From positions 6,751 through 70,750 of the forward strand of contig JBBTWP010000004.1 in the NCBI GenBank assembly GCA_038062675.1: a stretch of DNA of 64,000 nt, read 5' to 3'. The position numbers and the translations under genes were made by a program. The first letter of the stretch is position 1; each line of letters starts with the position of its first letter. This stretch comes from Patescibacteria group bacterium (lineage in GTDB: Bacteria; Patescibacteriota; Minisyncoccia; Phycocordibacterales; UBA1550). Of this stretch, positions 43,763-52,589 are shown piece after piece. Below the pieces are notes generated by a model. The model had not been told where the DNA came from. It ran no database searches and was given only the letters and a program-made list of their open reading frames with translations.

Positions 43763-44287
43763 ATGAACATATTTTCTTACAAAAAAATACATACCGCACG
43801 TGGAGTCACGCTCCTTGAGCTTCTTATTTATGTGGCGGTGTTCTCGGGGATTGCGGTTGTGGTTGCTGATACCTTTCTCTCGATAGCAAAAGCACGCGGG
43901 CAGTCGGAGGCGCGCGCAGAGGTGAATTCCGCGATACGGTTTGCGACGGAGCTTGTTCGACAAGACTTAAAGGCGGCGACAGCGCTCGCCACACCCGCGT
44001 TGGGGACACCATCCGCGACTTTGGTTGCGACTGTAGCTGGGGCGACCGTCACCTATGACGTAGTTTCGGGACAGCTTCGTAGAAATGCTGTGGCGGTAAC
44101 CGGAAGTTTGATTTTTGTTGATACTCCTTCGTTTACACGGCTCGAGAACTATAACTCGGTGGTGGGGGTGACAGGGTTTGGTGCGACCACTACGGCAGTT
44201 TCGGTCTTGATGACCTTTCGATATAATGCTTCAAGCACCGACTGGACATACGCGGATACACTTCGCACGACCGTGACTTTGCGGTAG
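43763..44287 (+). CDS. Minor pilin / pseudopilin (prepilin-type N-terminus)
   Basis: MNIFSYKKIHTARG|VTLLELLIYVAVFSGIAVVV with G-1 and E+5. Start placed at 43763. Confidence 0.7.
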   Translation: MNIFSYKKIHTARGVTLLELLIYVAVFSGIAVVVADTFLSIAKARGQSEARAEVNSAIRFATELVRQDLKAATALATPALGTPSATLVATVAGATVTYDVVSGQLRRNAVAVTGSLIFVDTPSFTRLENYNSVVGVTGFGATTTAVSVLMTFRYNASSTDWTYADTLRTTVTLR

Positions 44288-44290
44288 ACT

Positions 44291-44773
44291 ATGGTTATGA
44301 TGAGATTTAATATAAAAAAAAGAAAATCGCAGGGCGGGGCAACACTTCCCACTGTTTTGGTCTTGACGATTTTAACGCTCACGGTTGCAGTGGGAATCAC
44401 CACTATTTCATTCACCGAATCTTTTATTTCAGAAAGTGGGGTGCAGTCATCCACCGCGCTCTTTTATGCCGAGGCAGGGACGCGGGATGCATTGACGAAA
44501 ATTGCACGCAACAAGGGGTATACCTGCGCTTCTGCCGATTATTGTTACAGTATTGAACTTGTTTCCGGTGGGTGTACAGGGTCTGTATTAGGATGCGCAC
44601 GGGTTTCGGTAAGTGCCGGAGCGGGGACTACTGCTGCGCCCAAAGTCGTTACCTCAAAGGGGATTGTAAAAACAAGCACACGAACACTTAGTGTAGATGT
44701 AATTCTCGATAGTGGGGCAGGGACAAATATTGGTCAGATTACTTCCGCCACAACGACGGAGTTGACCAACTAG
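44291..44773 (+). CDS. PilX-like minor pilus protein (hydrophobic N-terminus without E+5)
   Basis: KRKSQGGATLPTVLVLTILTLTVAVGITT resembles PilX_N-type N-termini. Last gene of the minor-pilin operon. Four Cys in the globular part. Confidence 0.5.
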   Translation: MVMMRFNIKKRKSQGGATLPTVLVLTILTLTVAVGITTISFTESFISESGVQSSTALFYAEAGTRDALTKIARNKGYTCASADYCYSIELVSGGCTGSVLGCARVSVSAGAGTTAAPKVVTSKGIVKTSTRTLSVDVILDSGAGTNIGQITSATTTELTN

Positions 44774-44781
44774 CCCGATGT

Positions 44782-44840
44782 GTAATCGAATGGCAAGGAC
44801 GGTCCTCGCCATTCGATTACCGAGGACGGTCCTCGGTAAT
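44782..44840. repeat. Nested palindromes between convergent operons (19-bp-arm hairpin + CGAGGACGGTCCTCG)
   Basis: GTAATCGAATGGCaAGGAC g GTCCTcGCCATTCGATTAC (44782-44820) is followed by the perfect palindrome CGAGGACGGTCCTCG (44821-44835) and GTAAT. Probably acts as a bidirectional terminator. Confidence 0.6.
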
Positions 44841-44865
44841 AGGCGAGAGATGCCTTATGGTACGG

Positions 44866-47412
44866 CTAGTTTTTTTGGGGTGAGTTGGCTGCTTCGATGC
44901 GATAATAGAGCAATTTTGCTATTTCTGTGGTGACAAAATAGGTGGCGACAATGCCCAGCACTAACGCAAGAGACTGCGGGGAAGGGGCAACAAAACCAAA
45001 TACAGATTGACCGAATGAGGTAAAAGGAATGATGATGGTTGCAGCAAACGCGACGACTGAGAGGGTGATGAGGGGTTTTGACGGTGCGCGCGCCTTGAGG
45101 AAAAATACACGAGAGCGTATTGAGTAGAGGAAAAGAATTTCAGTGAGGATGCTGACCATGAACCAATGAGTTTGAAGCATTTGTGCACTGATGTGATAGA
45201 ACGATGCGAATGTGATGAAGTCAAAGACCGTTGATACAATGCCGAGAACGGTTCCAAACGCAAGAATTTTCTTGATGTTGTATTCTTGCGGTTTTTGAAT
45301 GTCACTGTCTTCAACGGTATCGGTGGCGATTGCAATAGCGGGGAAGTCGGATAGGAGATTTACCAGCAGAATTTGAAGGGGAAGCATGGGGAGAAATGGA
45401 ATAAAGAGCGAAGAGATTGCCACCGCGTAAAAATTGCCGAAATTCGATGAAAGGGAACTGCGAATATATTTGATAGTGTTGGCGAATGTTACGCGGCCTT
45501 CGCGGATGCCTTCTATGATCACGAGGAGATTTTTTTTGAGAAGGACGATATCAGCAGCTTCTCGTGCAATGTCGGATGCAGACTGCACTGCAATGGCAAC
45601 GTTGGCGATTTTGAGCGCTGGAGCATCGTTAATTCCTTCACCCAAAAATCCGACATGGTATTTTTTCTGTAATAGTTCAATAATTTTATATTTGTCCTCC
45701 GGTGAAACGCGCGCAAAAGTACTCAATCGTTCGAGGGCTTCACTGCGCGCTTCATCATGAAGAGCAAAGAAATCGCGTGCAGTCAAAACATCTTGCGGAG
45801 TCTGTGCAAGACCAACGGCGTATGCGACCTGCCCTGCAACTTCAGGACTGTCTCCGGTAAGAATTTTGATCTTCACTCCCAATTTCACGGCTTCCTTGAT
45901 GGCTTCGCGTGCGCTTTCTTTTATGGGGTCAATGAAAGAAATAGAACCAATGAAGGTTAGAGATGTTTCGTCACTTACCGCGTCGTATTCATTGGAAGCG
46001 AGGGCTTTTGAAGCGACAGCAAGGGTTCGTCTGCCTGCAGCGCCTTCTTGTGCAGTCCATGCGAGAACGCTTGCGCGCTCTTCTGGTGTCATGTTTGACG
46101 CGTTTACGATTGCCTCTGGTGCTCCGCGTACCATGAGGGTGGTTTCGCCACTCTGTTTCAAGAGAACGCTGTTTTGCTTGCGTACGGGGTCAAAGGGGAT
46201 GTCACGCAATCGTTCGTATGATTTAATTTGATTTTGGTCGTCGGAAGAAAGTGCCTGCCAGAGCGCTTCATCGAATGGGTCAATGCCTTGGTTGCGATCC
46301 TTCATCAAGAGATATGAGCTCGCGAGATTGCCTGCGGTGAGTATTTGTCGGGAGCTTTGTTTTGACTCCGGACTATGGGTGAGATGTACGGTGAGCTTGT
46401 TTTCGGTCAGCGTGCCCGTCTTGTCGGTACAGAGAACATCAATTCCTCCAATATCTTCAATAGAAGAAAGACGCTTTACGATAACATGTTTTTTTGCTAA
46501 ACGTCGCGCACCGCGAGAGAGCGAAAACGTCATAACGACAGGGAGAGCTTCAGGAACCACTGATACTGCGAGTGCGATTGAAAAAATGGCAAGAGAGGCA
46601 ATGTTTGCGTCCCATCCTTTGAGTGCGATGTTGGTCGCGAAAATGAAAATGAGCGTTCCGACGACAATATAAAGAATAAATTTACTAAACCGTGCGAGCT
46701 CACTTTCGAATTTGCTTGCGTGGCTTGTTGTGCCGGTTAGGCGTGCGATGTTGCCAATGATGGTCTGGGATCCTGTGGCAAATACAATACCCACTGCACT
46801 TCCAGAAAGGACTGTTGTTCCCGAGAAAGCAATATTATTTGCAGTGTGAAGCTCCGAGGAGGGTTTTTCCATGGGCTTACTGCTCTTCATTACTGAGACG
46901 GATTCTCCTGTGAGCGGCTCCTCGTTGATGAGGAGGTTTATGTCCTCAATGATGCGCATGTCGGCGGCAATACTGTCGCCAGCTTCGGCGATGACAATAT
47001 CTCCGGGAACGAGCTCTTTCGTCGTGATGGTATACACAGAACCATCACGACGAACTTTGGTGCGCGCCGTGATGTAATGCCTGAGGAGTTCTACTGTTTT
47101 TTCGGAACGATATTCTTGGTAAAAGCCCAGAGTAGCGTTGATGAAGAGGAATAATACGATTGCCCATCCCTCAATCATTTGACCCAACATGAATGAAAGT
47201 CCTGCCGCTGCAAAAAGCAGGTAGATGAAAGAAGATTTGAATTGTCGGAGGAAAATTTTCCATGGGCGAACCGCGCTTTTTTCAATACGGTTCAATCCGT
47301 GTATTTTCCTAAGCTCTTCGACTTGTGTAATCGAGAGCCCTTGTGCTGGATCCACGGAAAATATTTTTGCTGTGGCGTCAGTGTCACGTGTTGTGTACTC
47401 GGTAAATCCCAT
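44866..47412 (-). CDS. Cation-transporting P-type ATPase (P2/P3-like, Mg2+/Ca2+-type architecture)
   Basis: Cation_ATPase_N-like start (GLSITQVEELRKIHGLNRIE), TGES, VPEALP in TM4, DKTGTLT, GDGINDAPAL, 10-TM layout. Confidence 0.9.
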   Translation of the reverse strand: MGFTEYTTRDTDATAKIFSVDPAQGLSITQVEELRKIHGLNRIEKSAVRPWKIFLRQFKSSFIYLLFAAAGLSFMLGQMIEGWAIVLFLFINATLGFYQEYRSEKTVELLRHYITARTKVRRDGSVYTITTKELVPGDIVIAEAGDSIAADMRIIEDINLLINEEPLTGESVSVMKSSKPMEKPSSELHTANNIAFSGTTVLSGSAVGIVFATGSQTIIGNIARLTGTTSHASKFESELARFSKFILYIVVGTLIFIFATNIALKGWDANIASLAIFSIALAVSVVPEALPVVMTFSLSRGARRLAKKHVIVKRLSSIEDIGGIDVLCTDKTGTLTENKLTVHLTHSPESKQSSRQILTAGNLASSYLLMKDRNQGIDPFDEALWQALSSDDQNQIKSYERLRDIPFDPVRKQNSVLLKQSGETTLMVRGAPEAIVNASNMTPEERASVLAWTAQEGAAGRRTLAVASKALASNEYDAVSDETSLTFIGSISFIDPIKESAREAIKEAVKLGVKIKILTGDSPEVAGQVAYAVGLAQTPQDVLTARDFFALHDEARSEALERLSTFARVSPEDKYKIIELLQKKYHVGFLGEGINDAPALKIANVAIAVQSASDIAREAADIVLLKKNLLVIIEGIREGRVTFANTIKYIRSSLSSNFGNFYAVAISSLFIPFLPMLPLQILLVNLLSDFPAIAIATDTVEDSDIQKPQEYNIKKILAFGTVLGIVSTVFDFITFASFYHISAQMLQTHWFMVSILTEILFLYSIRSRVFFLKARAPSKPLITLSVVAFAATIIIPFTSFGQSVFGFVAPSPQSLALVLGIVATYFVTTEIAKLLYYRIEAANSPQKN

Positions 47413-47426
47413 AATGTGTTTTGTGA

Positions 47427-49346
47427 TTAAACTGAAGCAAGTTTTTGGTTATCTGGTCTTCCTGTGTTGTTATTATAACGTTTTGCTTTGTATTGGTACA
47501 GACGTAATGCGTTTGCGACGGGAATGAAATCCGTGAGAAAGTTGTATGCTGCTGCATCTTTTGGATCAAATACTCCTGCGAACACAAAATAGAGTCCAAG
47601 AATATTGATGACAGCCCATATTGCAAAATTTTGATAAGCGACATTGGTCACGCGCTGTGCAATGTCGCGAAGTTCAAGTAGTTTAGCAAAATCATCGTTC
47701 ATAAGAATGATATCGGCTGAGTTGATGGCAGCGTCGGAGCCTATGCCACCCATTGCTATTCCAACGTCTGCGCGCGTAATGCAGGCAGCGTCGTTGACAC
47801 CGTCGCCGAGCATCGCCACCACTTCTTTTTTGTTGAGGTATGTTTCGAGTATGGAGACTTTGTGCTCTGGAAGAAGATTTGCGTGGTACGCATTGAGCTT
47901 TCCGTGTTCTGCGATAGTCTTCGCGACATGTTCGTTGTCCCCCGTAAGCATGACGATTTTTTTGACACCGCTTTTTCTAAGTGCGGCGATGGTGCGGTCA
48001 ACATCAGGGCGAAGTTTGTCTGAGAGTTCAAATAGTCCGACAATATTTTTTTCAACTGCTATCAATGTCACACTCCTGCTTTTAGAAAGTGCTTCTGTTA
48101 TCGCACTCGCAATTTCAGGGGTTATGGGAATTCCTTGCTCTTCTAAAAATTTCGGCTTTCCCAGTGTTATTTTTTGGTTTTGTTGATTAACTCCAGCAAT
48201 TCCTTGTCCTTCGGTTTCTTGAAATACTCCAGAAGCCTTGCATGACAACCCCTGTTCTGTTGCGTGTCGCGCGATTGCTTTTGATGCGGGATGGGTCGAT
48301 CTGCTACAGATAACGCCAGACAACTCAAGCACTTGAGAAAGGGGGATATTTCCAAAGGATCGAGCATCCTGCACGCTGAGCTGTCCCATTGTTAGTGTTC
48401 CTGTTTTATCGACAATAAGTGTAGAAATTTTTGAGGCACGCTCAAGGAAGTCAGCTCCTTTAATGAGAATGCCACGCTTTGCGGCGGTTCCCATAGCAAC
48501 AATATAAGCAAGGGGAATCGCGATCGCAATGTCATCCGCACACACAACGAGAACAACTGCAAGAACAAGCTTAACATCTCCGGTAACAAGGTAGAGAACC
48601 AGCGACACGACGAGCATAATGCCAATGTACCAGCTTGCAAAACGCTCAGCGAGAGTCTTCATCCTTGTCTTTGCTCCTTGAGAACTTTCAACCAAACTTA
48701 TCATGCGTTCAAATATTGTCTGTGTGCCAATTTTTTCTGTAGAAATAATAATATTTCCCGACACGACAAGAGTGGAGGCAAGAACCATATCATTTTTGGC
48801 GAGGAGGACAGGAACAGATTCTCCGGTGAGTGACGATTGGTCTACTGTAGCGTTCCCTTCTGTTACTCTCCCGTCCACCGGTATTTGTTCCCCGAGGTTT
48901 ACGAGTACTAAATCCCCAAGAGAAAGATCTGCAATCGGAACGGTAATGGTTTGGTTGTTGCGGAGAACATGCGCTACGGAAGGCTTGAGTTTTCTGAGAC
49001 TTTCGAGAGAATTTTGTACGCGACGCTCTGTAATGATTCCAAAAATGCGTGCCAATGAAAGCATGGCGTTGATGAAAAGCACCGACTCCCATTCTTGTGC
49101 GAGAAGTGAGAATACAAGAGCGATGGAAGCAAGGAGGTCGACATTGATTTTCTTATTACGAAGACTTCGAGCGGTGCTCTTAAGTACAGGATAAAGCCCA
49201 ACAAGGGAGATGCCACCAAGAATGAATATGCGGAGCTGTTCAGGGATAGCTCCAAGTAAATATGCAAGAAGTGCTGCAGTAAACAGACAAAGAAGCCCGA
49301 CTTCAAGAGAGAGGAGTTTTTTTGATTCACTCGGTGTGTAGTTCAT
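47427..49346 (-). CDS. P1B-like (heavy-metal-type) P-type ATPase lacking an N-terminal metal-binding domain, with C-A-D in place of the CPx motif
   Basis: TGES, DKTGTLT, GDGVNDAA and 8-TM P1B topology. The TM segment before the phosphorylation site reads VLVVCADDIAIAIP where CPC/CPH/SPC is expected. Confidence 0.85.
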   Translation of the reverse strand: MNYTPSESKKLLSLEVGLLCLFTAALLAYLLGAIPEQLRIFILGGISLVGLYPVLKSTARSLRNKKINVDLLASIALVFSLLAQEWESVLFINAMLSLARIFGIITERRVQNSLESLRKLKPSVAHVLRNNQTITVPIADLSLGDLVLVNLGEQIPVDGRVTEGNATVDQSSLTGESVPVLLAKNDMVLASTLVVSGNIIISTEKIGTQTIFERMISLVESSQGAKTRMKTLAERFASWYIGIMLVVSLVLYLVTGDVKLVLAVVLVVCADDIAIAIPLAYIVAMGTAAKRGILIKGADFLERASKISTLIVDKTGTLTMGQLSVQDARSFGNIPLSQVLELSGVICSRSTHPASKAIARHATEQGLSCKASGVFQETEGQGIAGVNQQNQKITLGKPKFLEEQGIPITPEIASAITEALSKSRSVTLIAVEKNIVGLFELSDKLRPDVDRTIAALRKSGVKKIVMLTGDNEHVAKTIAEHGKLNAYHANLLPEHKVSILETYLNKKEVVAMLGDGVNDAACITRADVGIAMGGIGSDAAINSADIILMNDDFAKLLELRDIAQRVTNVAYQNFAIWAVINILGLYFVFAGVFDPKDAAAYNFLTDFIPVANALRLYQYKAKRYNNNTGRPDNQKLASV

Positions 49347-49370
49347 GTGTGGGAGTGTGGTAGTAGAAAA

Positions 49371-50885
49371 TTATTGAGTGAGAGAATTAAGGAAAGAGCG
49401 AGTCTTGGGACCAATGGCGCCGTAGCCGGGTTGTCCAGAACGAACAATATTGTTTTTTGCCTGAAACCGTCCGACTGCACGCTCGGTTGCGGGCCCAAAT
49501 ACTCCACTAATGATTCCTTCGGGATAAATGGTTGAGTCGTTTTTTAGGAACTCTTGAAGAGAGCGAACATCTGTGTGTTTCATTCCTCGTCGAAGATTTA
49601 CGAGAAATTTTTTGCCATAAATTTTTGTTTTTGTTGTGCTATTAGCAATTGGACAAGGTTGCCCGGTGGTAGAGTTGTAACGATTTGCTCCAGCACAACC
49701 GAGAGGAATGGCTACGCTTGTTGTGGTAGTAGTGGTTGTTGGAGTAGTAGTTGTTGTCGTCGACAGAGAAGCCGGTGTCTGAAGTGAAGAAACAGGAGTG
49801 TCTTTTGATGCGATGGACAAGTTGATGGTCTTTGCGCGCGTGCCGTCAAACCCCCCGGCAATCCTTCCTGGAAGAAGAGTGATGCTTTGTTGCTGGTCTG
49901 TATTGCTTTTGTTTGCAAAATAAAGTGTTATGGTTCCGTTTTCGCCAAGGGGGGTGTTGAGGGCGGTAGAGCCACATCTTAGAGTTGTCGTTGCGTTGTT
50001 GATGAGGGTTGTTGTTGTAATGGCATCATTGCATGGTAGCTGCATGTTTGCGTTCAGTGCATTTTCTGTTGCCCAAGTGAATACGATGGGCATGTCTGAT
50101 CCTGCTGTATTCGTCGTTGCAGAGGTCAAGAATGAGGTGAGGGTTGGTTCGGGTACCACATTGCTCCTCACAAGAACTTCGAGTGTTTTTGTGTGAATGC
50201 CATCGTATGCCCCTGCAGACATTGCGGGATAGAGGGTCAGGGTTACTGTTTCGGCTGATGGTGAGCTGTTTGAGAAATAGAGCGTGAGTGCGCCCGAGCC
50301 TGCAAGGTCGGTGGTAAAGATGGGTTTCCCACAAGGGAGATATACTTGTGCGTATGAGGTTGAGCTTGCCTGAATGTTGCTAGAACATGGAAAAGAAAGA
50401 TTTGTGCCATCAATGAGGCTTGAGCTCCAAGCGATGGGGTAAGCAACAAAGGAGGCAGTGCTGGTTGCTCCAGTGAATGTGGCGATTGGTTCTGGTGCTG
50501 TTGCTACTGAAATAGAGAGGTCTTGACGCCCAAGGTCGTAGTCGGTCCCTGTTGCATCTTTGGGGATAGCACGCATGGTAACGGTTTTTGTAATGCCGGA
50601 AATATTGTAGATGAGCAAATCAATCCCACCGAGAGCAGTTGCTGTCGAAGAAATCTTCGTGTTGCATTCAAAGGCGGTGCCGTCAGTCCGTTTTAGCTTA
50701 ATTCCCTGTACACAAGGAATTAAGAATGAATATCCTCCCGCGTCTGCCATGCGCCACGAGAATGACGCGATTCCTCCTGAAGTCATTCCGGTTGTGGATT
50801 GGATAAATGATTCAACAGATGGGTTTGCTGCGGATACGGCGAATGGAAGCGCTAATAGTGCTCCGACGATAATTTTTAATATCAT
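49371..50885 (-). CDS. Secreted protein with repeated beta-rich modules, poly-Thr linker and C-terminal peptidoglycan-binding (PG_binding_1-like) domain
   Basis: Signal peptide MILKIIVGALLALPFAVSA, TTTTTPTTTTTTT linker, C-terminal DVRSLQEFLK ... GVFGPATERAVGRFQ. Confidence 0.7.
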   Translation of the reverse strand: MILKIIVGALLALPFAVSAANPSVESFIQSTTGMTSGGIASFSWRMADAGGYSFLIPCVQGIKLKRTDGTAFECNTKISSTATALGGIDLLIYNISGITKTVTMRAIPKDATGTDYDLGRQDLSISVATAPEPIATFTGATSTASFVAYPIAWSSSLIDGTNLSFPCSSNIQASSTSYAQVYLPCGKPIFTTDLAGSGALTLYFSNSSPSAETVTLTLYPAMSAGAYDGIHTKTLEVLVRSNVVPEPTLTSFLTSATTNTAGSDMPIVFTWATENALNANMQLPCNDAITTTTLINNATTTLRCGSTALNTPLGENGTITLYFANKSNTDQQQSITLLPGRIAGGFDGTRAKTINLSIASKDTPVSSLQTPASLSTTTTTTPTTTTTTTSVAIPLGCAGANRYNSTTGQPCPIANSTTKTKIYGKKFLVNLRRGMKHTDVRSLQEFLKNDSTIYPEGIISGVFGPATERAVGRFQAKNNIVRSGQPGYGAIGPKTRSFLNSLTQ

Positions 50886-50949
50886 GATGTAATTTGTTAT
50901 ACTGAAAGATTCCTTATTAGTATAACAAATTCACTGGATTCAGGTAATA

Positions 50950-52530
50950 TCACTTCTCTACTGTAAATCCAAACATCATGCCCGCTTCGAGGTGCTCGGC
51001 AATGTGGCAGTGAGCCATCCATTCGCCGGGGTTGGAAATATCGAGGAGAATGTCGGCGTATTCACCAGCAGGTACAAGCACGGTGTCTTTCCAAACAAGA
51101 TTTTTTTGTGCCGTTCCATTTTTGTCGAGTACCAAAAACCGTTGTCCGTGGAAGTGAATAGGGTGTTGCATTGGGTGCATGGATTTTGGGTCATTGAAGA
51201 TGCGAATTTTTACTTTGTCGCCAACCTTGAATTTCCAGTCGATGTCCATGTTGGCCTTGCCCGTTCCTTGATCAAGAATAGCCCATGAGATTTGATCACT
51301 ATTTTGATCGCTCATCATTTCCCCGTCATCTTCCCATTCAATGCCGCCTTTTGGTGCGGACATCATCATGTTTCCACCCATCATTGAGCCGTCAGGCATC
51401 ATATGTCCACCACTCATGTTTCCCGCTGCACCACCCATCATGCTGACCGAAAGTGAAATTTGTTTGTCGAGAGCTTTTGTGAAGAATGCACGGAATGGGT
51501 CGATGCTTTTAATAGTCTCGAGATTTGAATGCAGGGTATTAAAATTGAAGACGGGTTTGCGCAGGCGTTTTGATTCCGTAACCATTATTTTCCCGAGCGT
51601 TGTTGTCTGGTCAGGCGTTTTGTTTTGAAGAAGGATGTCGCCTTTTTTGTTGAACAATACTTCAACAATAGCACGCTCAGAAGGACCAAGGGTGACGGTA
51701 TCAACCCACTCTTCTTTTTCGTATGCACCATTATCACCTCCAACAAGCTTCATTTTCGTGCCCTCAAACGCCAGACGAAACGGACGTACATTTGCAGAGT
51801 TGGTAAATGAAAAACGTACCACGTCGCCCTGCTCAACGCTCTGTGTATAATTTGTTTCTCCGTTGACAAGCATGGTGTTACCGAAACGTCCCATGAGTGC
51901 GTAGTCGGCATTTTTTGTGTAAAAAGGTGTGATTTTTCCGTCTTCGACTAGAATGTCATCAACAAACAAAGGAACTTCGCGGTCGACAGTATTCCAGTAC
52001 GTGGGGTTTTTTGGTGTTACTAAAAAGTTGCCGTAGAGTCCGAGTTCTTGTGCGTAATCCTCGCGGACATGAGGGTGATACCAGTAGGTGCCGGCATCGG
52101 GGAACGTAAGTTTGTAGGTAAATGAATCCCCGACAAGGATTGGGTCTTGTGTTACGTGTGGAACTCCATCAAATGCATTTTCGAGGCGAAGTCCGTGTGA
52201 GTGGACGGTGGTCTCCACATCGGTTTCATTTTTGAAATTTACGGTGATGGTTGCGCCTTGGGGAACCTTGAGGGTTGGTCCGGGGATAGAGCCGTTATAT
52301 GCGAGCATTTTTACATCATTGCCATTGATATTTTTTTTAACCCGGCTTGCGGTGAGCTCAAATGTGTCACCGTCTTTTAGCTCGACAACGGAAGAGGGTT
52401 GTAGAGCGGCAAGTCCACGCGTACTTCCAGAAAATTGTCCTGAAGGAGACCCGCTTTGTTTTGTTGCTACGATTGCAAAAATAAAAGCAAGAAGGAACCC
52501 TGCAATGATGATATTTTTTTTGTATTTCAT
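50950..52530 (-). CDS. Multicopper oxidase (CueO/CopA-PcoA-like) with a Met/Gly-rich insert
   Basis: Copper-ligand motifs HSHG, WYHPH, HPIHFHG, HCHIAEHLEAGMM. Met-rich MMGGAAGNMSGGHMMPDGSMMGGNMMM. Start at MKYKKNIII (52530); the track's 73-aa extension overlaps the upstream ATPase gene. Confidence 0.88.
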   Translation of the reverse strand: MKYKKNIIIAGFLLAFIFAIVATKQSGSPSGQFSGSTRGLAALQPSSVVELKDGDTFELTASRVKKNINGNDVKMLAYNGSIPGPTLKVPQGATITVNFKNETDVETTVHSHGLRLENAFDGVPHVTQDPILVGDSFTYKLTFPDAGTYWYHPHVREDYAQELGLYGNFLVTPKNPTYWNTVDREVPLFVDDILVEDGKITPFYTKNADYALMGRFGNTMLVNGETNYTQSVEQGDVVRFSFTNSANVRPFRLAFEGTKMKLVGGDNGAYEKEEWVDTVTLGPSERAIVEVLFNKKGDILLQNKTPDQTTTLGKIMVTESKRLRKPVFNFNTLHSNLETIKSIDPFRAFFTKALDKQISLSVSMMGGAAGNMSGGHMMPDGSMMGGNMMMSAPKGGIEWEDDGEMMSDQNSDQISWAILDQGTGKANMDIDWKFKVGDKVKIRIFNDPKSMHPMQHPIHFHGQRFLVLDKNGTAQKNLVWKDTVLVPAGEYADILLDISNPGEWMAHCHIAEHLEAGMMFGFTVEK

Positions 52531-52589
52531 ATTTTCTGATGTTATTGGCGCATTATACCATGGGATACGATTTCTGGGGTTCAAACTGG

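Noticed and set aside
36778-44773. Whether the NYN-bracketed segment is a mobile element or genomic island (composite transposon, integrative element).
   Set aside because: No transposase, integrase or recombinase is present. No terminal inverted repeats or target-site duplications are visible, and only a 15-nt identical stretch is shared between the two NYN genes. The compositional contrast is noted in the findings, but mobility is unsupported.
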